Assembly: GCA_041751015.1 (NCBI GenBank)
Contig: JBGSYF010000029.1
Location: forward strand, 64,476 to 128,475
Source: Chitinophagales bacterium
GTDB taxonomy: Bacteria; Bacteroidota; Bacteroidia; Chitinophagales; BACL12
Length of the DNA stretch: 64,000 nt
Direction of reading: 5' to 3'
Positions 27,961-36,689 of this stretch are shown here, in pieces. A program made the position numbers and the translations under genes. Under the pieces are notes generated by a model. It saw only the letters and a program-made list of their open reading frames with translations. It was not told the origin of the DNA and searched no databases. Positions within the stretch are counted from its first letter, which is position 1. The number at the start of each line of letters is the position of its first letter.

Positions 27961-28252
27961 GCCAGAAGAAAGCGGACCTGTAGCCCGATGAGAGATTTTG
28001 CCGTTAGGAGCACGACCACATGCAGGGCCTGCTCTAGCTTAGCTCCCGCCATTATGGCGCAAAAATGGTGATAAAACGGCAGAAACAAGCCAATTTGTCA
28101 GGATGACTCGAGCAAAACTGACATTTTTGAGCAGATTCAGTCCGGAAAGCCCTGTATTTGGCGCTGGCACAGCAATTGATTCATGGTTTTTGTGCCGGGC
28201 ATTGACCGGCATTTCAAAAGAAATTCACTCAAAACCACAAAAAACCATAATC

Positions 28253-28699
28253 ATGAACCTCGTAAGAATCAGAAAGCCCCGCACCGAGATGTCGCCTTTC
28301 TTCAACGCCTTTGACGAGCTGCTCACCCGCCCCTTTGGCGACCTGCTCTTCAACGAAGGTGGACAAACCTTTCGCCCAGCCGTCAATGTGCTGGACAATA
28401 GCGACCATTTCGCCATTGAACTGGCCGCCCTAGGCATGAAGAAAAGCGATTTCAACCTCCATGTGGAGAAAGACATGCTCAGCATCAGTGCGGAAGTGGA
28501 AAGCGAAAAGGAGGAAAACAAGCCCAACTACACCCGCAAGGAGTTCAGCTTCAGCAGCTTTACCCGCTCGTTCAGCCTGCCCGAAACGGTGGATACCGAG
28601 AAGATCTCGGCCAGCTACGAGAATGGGATCCTCAGCGTGCGCTTGCCCAAGCGCGAAGAAGCTCAGGTCAAAGCTGCCCGCAGCATTGAGATCTCCTGA
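28253..28699 (+). CDS. Hsp20/alpha-crystallin small heat-shock protein
   Basis: ORF 28103-28699 trimmed to ATG 28253, 148 aa. Alpha-crystallin core 'PAVNVLDNSDHFAIELAALGMKKSDFNLHVEKDMLSISAE...YENGILSVRLPK'. Confidence 0.9.
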   Translation: MNLVRIRKPRTEMSPFFNAFDELLTRPFGDLLFNEGGQTFRPAVNVLDNSDHFAIELAALGMKKSDFNLHVEKDMLSISAEVESEKEENKPNYTRKEFSFSSFTRSFSLPETVDTEKISASYENGILSVRLPKREEAQVKAARSIEIS

Positions 28700-28727
28700 T
28701 TACCGTTAATGTTGTTTGTCAGTCGTG

Positions 28728-28763
28728 AAAGCCGCCTTGCTCTGCAGGGCGGCTTTGCTTTTG
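28728..28763 (+). terminator. Rho-independent terminator after hsp20
   Basis: AAAGCCGCC-ttgctctgcag-GGCGGCTTT followed by GCTTTTG. Confidence 0.7.
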
Positions 28764-28799
28764 CGCTGAAGCTGAATAGCCGTTGCCAGGCCTTTCGAC

Positions 28800-30197
28800 C
28801 TAATAGCCGAGAATATCCATCATTTCCTGGGGCTGCTGCGAATCGGAGAACAATTTGAAGATCTCTGTTCCGTGCTCATCGCGGTTGATCAACAGGTGCT
28901 GCGGCGAAGGCAAGAGACAGTGCTTGAGGCCTCCAAAACCGGAAAGAGCCTCCTGATAGGCCCCCATATTAAAGAAACCAATGTACAATGGTTCTCCCAT
29001 CTCTATCTCGGGAAGGTAGACGTCCTGGCCGTTGACCTCCTGGTTGTAGTAATCCATTTGATCGCAGCTCTGACCGCCGATCTGAACGCGTTTGACCGGG
29101 TTCTGCCACTTGTTGATGGGAAGGACCAGGAATCGCTGACCAATGCCGTAGATATCGGGCAGGGTGTTCATCAGCGATGAGTCAATCATGTACCAGGTTT
29201 CGCGGTCGTTCTGCTGCTTTTCGCGAACGATAGAGAAGAGCAAGGCTCCGCTTTCGCCAACGGTAAACTGACCAAACTCGGTCCAGATATCGGGTTCGGG
29301 CACTCCTTCGCGGCGGCAGGTTTCGGCGATCAGGCCCACCATCTCTCCCACCATGTATTCGTAGTCGTAGTTCTCCGCAAAGTCCAGCGAGTGTGGAATG
29401 GGCATTCCACCGCCGATGTTCATGGCCTTGAGGGTAGGGCAGATCTTTCGGAGTTCGCAATAGAGCTTGAGGGCCTTTCGAAACTCGTTCCAATAGTACA
29501 TGGTGTCCTTCACCCCTGAATTGATGAAGAAGTGCAACATCACCAACTTGGACCGCGACTCGGGCGCCACAACATGGGCGTAGTAGTCAATGATTTCGGT
29601 GAAGCGAATGCCCAATCTTGAGGTATAGACCCCAAACTCCGGCTGCTCCTCACTGGCGATGCGAAGGCCAATCTCAAAATCTCCGATGACGGAATCGAGG
29701 TAGTCTTGAAGCTCTTCCTTGGAATCGAGCACGGGAACAACGCGGCGGAAACCCAGATTGATCAGTTTGGCGATGCGCTGGGTGTAGAGCGGAGCTTTGA
29801 AGCCGTTGCAGATCACCACCTTGTCCTTGTCCAGCAACTTCTTGAGATAGAGTCGCTCGATGATGTCCACGTCGTAGGCCGAGGAGATCTCGAGATGGGC
29901 TCCGTGCCGCAACACTTCCTCCATCACAAAAGAGAAGTGAGAAGACTTGGTGCAATAGGCATAGTGGTAGCTGCCGCTATAGTCCCGCTCGGTCATGGCT
30001 TTGGCGAACCAGCCCCTCGCCTTCTGAATCTGCTCCCCGATCTTGGGCAAGTAGGTCAAACGAAGCGGAGTGCCGTATTCGCGAATGATGGGCATGAGGG
30101 GCAAACCGTGAAAAGTCAGGTTGCCGTTGTCCAGGTCAAAGCCATTCTGGGGAAATACGAACGCCTGTTCAATCAGGTCGATGTACCTGTTCTGCAT
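28800..30197 (-). CDS. PLP-dependent fold-type III decarboxylase, probable arginine decarboxylase (short Bacteroidota type)
   Basis: 465 aa. Orn/DAP/Arg decarboxylase family features ('YCTKSSHF', 'NIGGGMPIP', 'GQSCD'). Divergent from argS. Confidence 0.7.
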   Translation of the reverse strand: MQNRYIDLIEQAFVFPQNGFDLDNGNLTFHGLPLMPIIREYGTPLRLTYLPKIGEQIQKARGWFAKAMTERDYSGSYHYAYCTKSSHFSFVMEEVLRHGAHLEISSAYDVDIIERLYLKKLLDKDKVVICNGFKAPLYTQRIAKLINLGFRRVVPVLDSKEELQDYLDSVIGDFEIGLRIASEEQPEFGVYTSRLGIRFTEIIDYYAHVVAPESRSKLVMLHFFINSGVKDTMYYWNEFRKALKLYCELRKICPTLKAMNIGGGMPIPHSLDFAENYDYEYMVGEMVGLIAETCRREGVPEPDIWTEFGQFTVGESGALLFSIVREKQQNDRETWYMIDSSLMNTLPDIYGIGQRFLVLPINKWQNPVKRVQIGGQSCDQMDYYNQEVNGQDVYLPEIEMGEPLYIGFFNMGAYQEALSGFGGLKHCLLPSPQHLLINRDEHGTEIFKLFSDSQQPQEMMDILGY

Positions 30198-30434
30198 GGT
30201 CCTCGGTCAGGGATTCAGAGATCGGGAGAAAATAGGGTGAAAGCCGCAATCCATCAGCAGGCTATGGGCATTGAGCATGATGAACAACGCTTCACGGACT
30301 GCTTGATGGCGAATCACGGCGCTGCAAAATACGGAATGCAAACGGACAGCAGGACTTCTGCGCCCAAAAATGCTAGTGTTGTGCAAAGACCCATTCCTCA
30401 ACAGCCGGGCGATAGTGGTAATTTCGCAGCGCCT

Positions 30435-32270
30435 ATGTATCAGCCCAATCCGGAATTCCTCCTTCAACAAGCCTGCGCAGATGCACTGCGCGAATGCTAT
30501 GGCCAGACGGCAGAGCCCGCACAAATCACGGTCAAACTCACGCCTAAGGAGTATCGGGGTCAGTTTACTCTGGTGATCTTCCCCCTGCTGAAACTCAGTG
30601 GAAAGGGTCCGGAACAAACTGCCCAGGCGCTGGGTCAACAGCTATGCGCCCGGATTCCCTGGATACGCTCTTTCAACATCGTCAAGGGTTTTTTGAACCT
30701 GGAACTTAGCGATGCCTGGTGGCTGGACTTTCTGGCTCAGGCATCGGCTGATGAGCACTACGGCCAACTGCCCGCCCAGGAGGGCAAGATCGTTCTGGAG
30801 TACTGTGGGCCCAACACCAACAAACCCCTGCACCTGGGCCATATCCGCAACATGCTGCTCGGCTGGTCCACGGCTGAGCTGCTCAAAAGGGCCGGCCATG
30901 AAGTGCACAAGGTCAACATCTACAATGACCGCGGAATCGCCATCTGCAAGTCCATGGCGGCCTACAAGACGGAAGGGCTAGAGCTAAGCCCTGAAAAGGC
31001 GGGAATCAAAGGCGACCATTTTGTGGGCAGCTACTATGTGGCTTACAACACCATAGTCACGCAACAGGCCCAGCCCTGGGTAGATCAGGGCGTAGAGCGA
31101 AGGGAGGCGGAGAAAAACACGGCCATCTACGCCATGGCCCACGACATGCTGCTCAAATGGGAGGCCGGAGACCCGGAAGTGCGAAAGCTGTGGCAGCAGA
31201 TGAACAATTGGGTTTACGAGGGCTTTAAAGAGACTTTTTCGCAAATTGGTGTAGACTTTGAAAAGGATTACTTTGAGTCGGAGACCTATCTACTGGGCAA
31301 AAGCCTGGTAGAAGATGGCGTAGAGATGGGAGTCTTCCAACGCCACGAGGACGGCTCTGTCCGGGCGGATCTGAGCGATGAGGGACTGGATGAAAAGCTC
31401 CTGCTGCGCTCTGACGGCTCTTCGATGTACATCACCCAGGATCTGGGCACCGCTGAACTGCGCTACAGCGACTATGAGATGCAGCGCTCCATCTACGTGG
31501 TGGGCAGCGAACAGGATTACCATTTCAAAGTGCTTGCAGTCCTGCTCAAGCGGCTCAGGAAACCCTATGCAGAGGGTATCCTGCACCTCTCCTATGGCAT
31601 GGTTGACCTGCCCAGCGGCAAGATGAAGTCCAGGGAGGGAACCACGGTAGACGCCGATGATCTGCTGGCTCAGATGGTGGAACAGGCGCGCCAGAAGACC
31701 GTGGAATTGGGCAAGGTAGAGCATCTGTCGGAGAGCCAGGCCGAAGAGCTCTATCACATGCTCGGCACGGCTGCGCTCAAATACTTCATCCTGAAGGTTG
31801 ATCCCCGTAAGCGCATTCTCTTTAACCCGGAGGAGTCCATCGAGCTGCAGGGCAATACGGGACCCTTTATCCAGTACACCTACGCCCGCATTCGCTCAGT
31901 TCAGCGCAAGGCGGCAGAGCGCAACTTAAGCTCCTTCTTTTCCAGTTCGAAAGGCCTGGGAAATGAGAGCAAGGTTGCTGCTCCCCTGCTGGATCGTGCG
32001 CTTGAAGATCTGGAAGTGCAGATGCTCAGTCTTCTGGCGCGCTACCCTCAGGTCATTCGCGAGGCAGCCCAGCATTACAGCCCTGCTGAGGTAGCCAATT
32101 ACGCCTATGAACTGGCCAAGACCTACAACCAGTTCTACGACAAACTTTCAGTGCTCAAGGCCGATTTCGAACAGGATACTGCTCTGCGACTGAGCATCAG
32201 TGATCTGGTAGCCCGCACGATCAAGGCAGCCTTGTCCATACTCGGCATTGCTGTTCCGGAGCGCATGTAA
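30435..32270 (+). CDS. argS: Arginine--tRNA ligase
   Basis: The 854-aa ORF 29706-32270 is a run-on that lies antisense to the decarboxylase gene, so it is trimmed to ATG 30435 ('MYQPNPEFLLQQA'), 611 aa. HIGH-type motif 'PNTNKPLHLGHIRN' and a C-terminal anticodon-binding domain. Confidence 0.9.
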   Translation: MYQPNPEFLLQQACADALRECYGQTAEPAQITVKLTPKEYRGQFTLVIFPLLKLSGKGPEQTAQALGQQLCARIPWIRSFNIVKGFLNLELSDAWWLDFLAQASADEHYGQLPAQEGKIVLEYCGPNTNKPLHLGHIRNMLLGWSTAELLKRAGHEVHKVNIYNDRGIAICKSMAAYKTEGLELSPEKAGIKGDHFVGSYYVAYNTIVTQQAQPWVDQGVERREAEKNTAIYAMAHDMLLKWEAGDPEVRKLWQQMNNWVYEGFKETFSQIGVDFEKDYFESETYLLGKSLVEDGVEMGVFQRHEDGSVRADLSDEGLDEKLLLRSDGSSMYITQDLGTAELRYSDYEMQRSIYVVGSEQDYHFKVLAVLLKRLRKPYAEGILHLSYGMVDLPSGKMKSREGTTVDADDLLAQMVEQARQKTVELGKVEHLSESQAEELYHMLGTAALKYFILKVDPRKRILFNPEESIELQGNTGPFIQYTYARIRSVQRKAAERNLSSFFSSSKGLGNESKVAAPLLDRALEDLEVQMLSLLARYPQVIREAAQHYSPAEVANYAYELAKTYNQFYDKLSVLKADFEQDTALRLSISDLVARTIKAALSILGIAVPERM

Positions 32271-32304
32271 AAGCCGCTGCGGGTTACTGCCGCCCTTCGA
32301 ACCG

Positions 32305-32358
32305 TTAAAAAGAAAACCCCTGATTCAGTTCCTGTGCTCAGGTTCCGAATCAGGGGTT
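32305..32358 (-). terminator. Rho-independent terminator of giant gene 1 (hairpin may also stop argS)
   Basis: Minus strand reads AACCCCTGATTC...GAATCAGGGGTT: a 12-bp stem, internal loop and CCTG/CAGG tip, followed by TTCTTTTT. Confidence 0.7.
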
Positions 32359-32404
32359 GACTGTGGTGAAATCAAGACCCGGTCAAGAACCGGATCTTGT
32401 TGCA

Positions 32405-35400
32405 TCAGCGGTTGATCACTACGTTCCTGCTCAGGAACTGATCACCTATGATGATTCTGATCTGGTAAGTGCCGGCCGCTTCTGTGCTCAGATCCAGATC
32501 CCAAACCTTGCCCACAATGGTTTCCTCGCCCAAAGAGCGGACCAGTTGACCAAGGGGGTTGTAGATTTCCAAGCGAACGCTTTCCGCGTTGCTCAGCTCT
32601 ACCTGAACCTGGAAAGAACCCGCAGAGGGGTTGGGGTAGATCTCCAGAAGACTGAGTCCCTTAATACCGTTCAGGCCGGAGACTTCATCGACTTCAACGG
32701 TGCCGACGACAGTGCAGCCCAGGGCATCGGTAACGGTGACCTCATAGCTGCCCGCTGGGAGGTTGAAAGCCGGATTGGTGGTCTGACCATCGCTCCACAG
32801 ATAGGTAAAGGGAGGTGTTCCACCCGTTACAATAGCCAAAGCCTGTCCGTTGGAAGATCCTATAGTGGCATTCAACACATCAAAGTCAATGGTGAGTACC
32901 GTGCTGAAGGAAACAACCACTTCATCACCGGCAAAGCATCCCAGTGAATCCAGGACAGTTACCGAATAAGTTCCGGGAGTTGTAACCGTAATGGTTTGAG
33001 TGGTATCACCCGTGCTCCAGGAATAACTCAGTGCTCCTGGTCCGGCGTCAAGAATACCTTCTACTCCGGCGCATATGGCTAAGGTCGGGTCCAAACCAAT
33101 GCTGGCCAACTCATCAATGCTGATGGTTTCCGTTACGACGTTACCACAAGAGGTAGGTGCGTAGCGATAAGCGATCAGATCCTGCGTCCAGTTGGAGAGA
33201 TTGGTCAGAGGTGTAGACGTATAAGCTTCTGTTCCATCGGCATTCTCTATTCCCTGAGTGCGGTTGCCAGCGTCGGCCTCAACTCTGGTGACCTGATAGT
33301 CTATGAAGTTTAAACCTTCGTACAAGATTACCTGGGTGGTCATAGTCAGGGCTCCGGCCGAACCGAAATGCGGTAAATCCGTAAAGTCCACTATGAACTT
33401 CCGGTTGGGGGCGCTTCCCTCCGTAGCATAACTTATGGTACCTCCATCGTTTGGATTCCAGTCATCCCAGGCAACTGCCAATACATTGTTGGGTGCTAAT
33501 GGATTGGGGAAGAACTGGGCCACCGTAGGTGTACTCGTCGCTCCAAAGCTCAAAAAGCCGTTGGAGTGGATGTTGATGTTGGTATAAGAGTTGCCAAAGT
33601 ATTCAAAGGAGAATCCAACAGGTACTCCCGTAAAGGCATCATCACCCAGGAAAACAAAATTAGGTGAGCTGACGACCTCCGGACCATAGGGAATCTCCGC
33701 TACAGAATAAGATCCTGTGGGCACAAAGGTATAAGTGATATCGGTGCTGTTGCCAGCGCCAATCACCGATGGGTCAAGCTCTCCTGTGCTGGGATCGACA
33801 ATGCCGGTTCCCGACCAGGTACCACCCGGATAAAGGGGCGAAGGGAAGATGTTGTCTTCACCAAGGCAATAGCTGGCCTCAAAGCCGGTATTCACCGCCG
33901 GTGGTTCCAGAGATGCCACGATGCTCTCCGCCTCGTCATTCTCGGGATACAAATCACCAGCTAAAATGGTATAAGAGGTGATGGCATAACTGCCAGGTGC
34001 TTCAAAATCAAAAGGTACCGAGAAGGTGTGGGAAACCGTTGACAATCCTGCCAGACCTGCGGGATAGGTATCCGTCACAATGCTGATTCCGTCTATCTCC
34101 AGGACCACGTCAAAAGCGGGAGCTGTGACACAGGATCCATTGACCAGAGTTACCGTTACATCGCTCACGCCCACTTCACATCCGGATGCAGGACTGTCCA
34201 CCGAGATGACGCCCACGTCTTGTGATTTATCCGATATAGAGAAATCATCTATGGCCATATCCGACAGGAAGCCCGAACCGGTAAGTCCCGAAATTCGGAA
34301 GCGCACAACCTGGCCGATGTAGTCCGCCAGGGGTACTCGAGTCTCCAACCATTCACTTCCCTGGTTGCCACTGATGCTCCACAGATTGAGCCAAACACCA
34401 GTTCCTGTATCAATATCCAGGGTCATGGTACCCTGATTGGTTCCGAGCATATGATACCAGAAGCTGACTTCCGGACAGGTCAATGCGTCCAAATCAAAAC
34501 AGGGCGAAATCAGACCGGCGCGTTGAAGGAGACAACCGGAAGATTCGGTAAACAGATATCTACCAAACCCGGAGGTATGGTCTCCGGCAGTCGGACCAGT
34601 ACCAGCAGAAGGAGTGCTCAACAAATTGGTTATACTCCAATCCATGTTGTCGCTGAGCTCTTGCTCCCATCCGCCACTAACCGATGATGCACATGAACCA
34701 TTCAATGCACAGGCAAAGAGAGCATCTCCACAATTGGTATAGGAATCAAAGGTCTCCAAATAGGGATAAGTGCTCAGTGCTCCAAACAGTTCAACCGTAG
34801 TACTGAGGCTATCATTGCTGTTGTCGCCATCGGTTGGAAGGCTGGTGTAAACCAGAAGATCGTAAAGACCGGGCAAGGATAGATCCACCGTGGAGGCAAA
34901 GGTATAAGTGGCTGTTCCGTCCAGTGCGGTAACCGTCAGCGCACCGACGTTTTCACATGCGCTGAACAAACCGCTGGGTCCATCCAGCTCATAACAGACA
35001 TCAAATGCGCTCTGATCAGCAGAACCAAAGTTGCCGATCTCCACGTTGATGCTCTCTGTAGTCCCTCCGAAGCAGCCACCGGCAACCGGAGAGAAAATGG
35101 CCGTGATTCCCAGATCATCAGCACTGATTTCTCGTATGACAAAGTCATCAAGAGCCATGTCTGCAGTGAAGGTGAACCCATCGGAACCGAGCTTGATCTT
35201 CCCGGTAATGCGCAACTGAATGATTGATCCAGCCCAGGGAGATAAATCGGCTACTGCATACAACCAGGGATCGGCGTTGGCAAATTGCTGTTGACCGACA
35301 AGCATGTAAATCTCTGTGGCTACTCCTGCCCCATCTACCGCTTCTACGCGGATGTAGTCAATAGCCGGACCAAACATGTGATAGGCAAACTCAAAAACAG

Positions 35401-36565
35401 GAGCGGAAAGGCTGCTCAAATCAATGCATCGCGAGCTCAACACCGCCGAATCACCGGCAAATGTTCCACTGGATTCAATATAAATATAGCCCCCTGAACC
35501 ACCGGCTCCACTGCTGGGTCCGGTTCCTGCAGAGGATGTTGTTCCGATGTTGACCTCCCATTGGCGCTGGTCATAGGTTTCATTGGTGAAATCGAGAAAA
35601 ACCGTTGCACCATCGGCATAACTGTTGAAGTTTTCCGTATAGGTAGGTGTAATTAAACTGAGATTAAACCCAATGGTACTGGAGTCATTCTCCGGAATTC
35701 CATCCCCAACCATGGCTGTATATCCAGTTACCGAGTAAATACCGGGCAGGGAAAGATCAGCCGTTCCGCTAAAGAGAAAGTTTGCTGTAGCCCCCGGAGT
35801 GATCGTAAGGGCACCGACATTCTCACAGACCGTACTCAAGCCGGTAGGTCCGTCAACGATAAAGCAAACGTCAAAACCGCTGGCATCGGCTGAACCGTAG
35901 TTGCTGATGGTCACTTCTACCGGTTCTGCCGGACCGGCGGAACAACCGCCTTCAATGGGCTGCAACACCGCGCTTACACCAACATCGTTTGCTGGTGGGG
36001 TAAAGAGCACATAATTGTCAAACCCGAAATACCAGCTCCAGCCACCACCATCAAAGTAAGAAATCCTGACCTGAAATGCAGGGTTGGCATATGCGGTAAC
36101 ATCCACAACAGCGTGGGGATAGGGCGGGCCGCAAGACCAGGCACCACAATCATTGACATCAAGCCGTGAAAAGACGTTTACCCATGTTGAGCCGTCCCAA
36201 ACATCAACAGTAAAGCCGTCGCCAGCGGCAGGTCCGTATTCCTGTAAATTGTAATCGAACTCCATCAAGACGCTGGGTAAACCGCTTAGGTCCACCGCTG
36301 GTCCGATCAATTCAACACTGGAAGGAGCGGCGGCGCTGCCCAACCAATCATCATCAAACAGCAACATACAAGTGCCGTCAATATTACCGATGTTAAAAGC
36401 ATCCGGTGATTGATCCACAAAGAGCCATCCCTGCGTTCCGCTCAGGATGTTTTCTGTCCAGCCGGCGGGAAGGGCACAGCCGTTGAAGTTCTCGGATTGC
36501 CAGATTTGAGCGTAGAGCCCATTGCACACCAGAACCAGTGTAAAAAGGGTAAAGATCTTCCTCAT
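32405..36565 (-). CDS. Giant T9SS cargo protein 1: MAM-like and CARDB-like modules, NIDO-like domain, SprB-type repeat, T9SS C-terminal domain
   Basis: ORF 32405-36589 has a TTG start. ATG 36565 gives the signal peptide 'MRKIFTLFTLVLVCNGLYAQ', 1386 aa. MAM signatures 'FEFAYHMFG' and 'VSFWYHMLG' each follow a 'TGP' loop. SprB-like 'GGTPPFTYLWSDGQTT...YEVTVTDALGC'. CTD 'LEIYPNPSAGSFQVQV'. Confidence 0.85.
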   Translation of the reverse strand: MRKIFTLFTLVLVCNGLYAQIWQSENFNGCALPAGWTENILSGTQGWLFVDQSPDAFNIGNIDGTCMLLFDDDWLGSAAAPSSVELIGPAVDLSGLPSVLMEFDYNLQEYGPAAGDGFTVDVWDGSTWVNVFSRLDVNDCGAWSCGPPYPHAVVDVTAYANPAFQVRISYFDGGGWSWYFGFDNYVLFTPPANDVGVSAVLQPIEGGCSAGPAEPVEVTISNYGSADASGFDVCFIVDGPTGLSTVCENVGALTITPGATANFLFSGTADLSLPGIYSVTGYTAMVGDGIPENDSSTIGFNLSLITPTYTENFNSYADGATVFLDFTNETYDQRQWEVNIGTTSSAGTGPSSGAGGSGGYIYIESSGTFAGDSAVLSSRCIDLSSLSAPVFEFAYHMFGPAIDYIRVEAVDGAGVATEIYMLVGQQQFANADPWLYAVADLSPWAGSIIQLRITGKIKLGSDGFTFTADMALDDFVIREISADDLGITAIFSPVAGGCFGGTTESINVEIGNFGSADQSAFDVCYELDGPSGLFSACENVGALTVTALDGTATYTFASTVDLSLPGLYDLLVYTSLPTDGDNSNDSLSTTVELFGALSTYPYLETFDSYTNCGDALFACALNGSCASSVSGGWEQELSDNMDWSITNLLSTPSAGTGPTAGDHTSGFGRYLFTESSGCLLQRAGLISPCFDLDALTCPEVSFWYHMLGTNQGTMTLDIDTGTGVWLNLWSISGNQGSEWLETRVPLADYIGQVVRFRISGLTGSGFLSDMAIDDFSISDKSQDVGVISVDSPASGCEVGVSDVTVTLVNGSCVTAPAFDVVLEIDGISIVTDTYPAGLAGLSTVSHTFSVPFDFEAPGSYAITSYTILAGDLYPENDEAESIVASLEPPAVNTGFEASYCLGEDNIFPSPLYPGGTWSGTGIVDPSTGELDPSVIGAGNSTDITYTFVPTGSYSVAEIPYGPEVVSSPNFVFLGDDAFTGVPVGFSFEYFGNSYTNINIHSNGFLSFGATSTPTVAQFFPNPLAPNNVLAVAWDDWNPNDGGTISYATEGSAPNRKFIVDFTDLPHFGSAGALTMTTQVILYEGLNFIDYQVTRVEADAGNRTQGIENADGTEAYTSTPLTNLSNWTQDLIAYRYAPTSCGNVVTETISIDELASIGLDPTLAICAGVEGILDAGPGALSYSWSTGDTTQTITVTTPGTYSVTVLDSLGCFAGDEVVVSFSTVLTIDFDVLNATIGSSNGQALAIVTGGTPPFTYLWSDGQTTNPAFNLPAGSYEVTVTDALGCTVVGTVEVDEVSGLNGIKGLSLLEIYPNPSAGSFQVQVELSNAESVRLEIYNPLGQLVRSLGEETIVGKVWDLDLSTEAAGTYQIRIIIGDQFLSRNVVINR

Positions 36566-36689
36566 CAGATTGCCGTTAATGTTGTTCAATAGTTACCTGC
36601 CCGGCTCCACCAGCCGATTCAGTTATAGACTTGTCATCTAAAAGTAATAAGAATTAGCCCATCCTCAAAACTTCAGGCCATGGCCAGAG

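Noticed and set aside
28165-28179. Sigma-54-like promoter CTGGCACAGCAATTGAT upstream of hsp20
   Set aside because: The -24 TGGCAC element is good, but the -12 element reads TTGA instead of the highly conserved TTGC. No enhancer-binding-protein gene is nearby. I consider it a probable chance match.
27961-28252. 292-nt region upstream of hsp20 as an RNA thermometer or SRP-like RNA (contains GTCCGGAAAG)
   Set aside because: There is no match to the conserved SRP motif GGAAGCAGC. There is also no Shine-Dalgarno sequence to occlude, as ROSE or fourU thermometers require, and only short unconvincing hairpins.
29706-30434. 243-codon N-terminal extension of the argS ORF (854-aa version)
   Set aside because: The extension lies antisense to the arginine decarboxylase gene and has no ArgRS similarity. 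ArgRS homology begins at ATG 30435.
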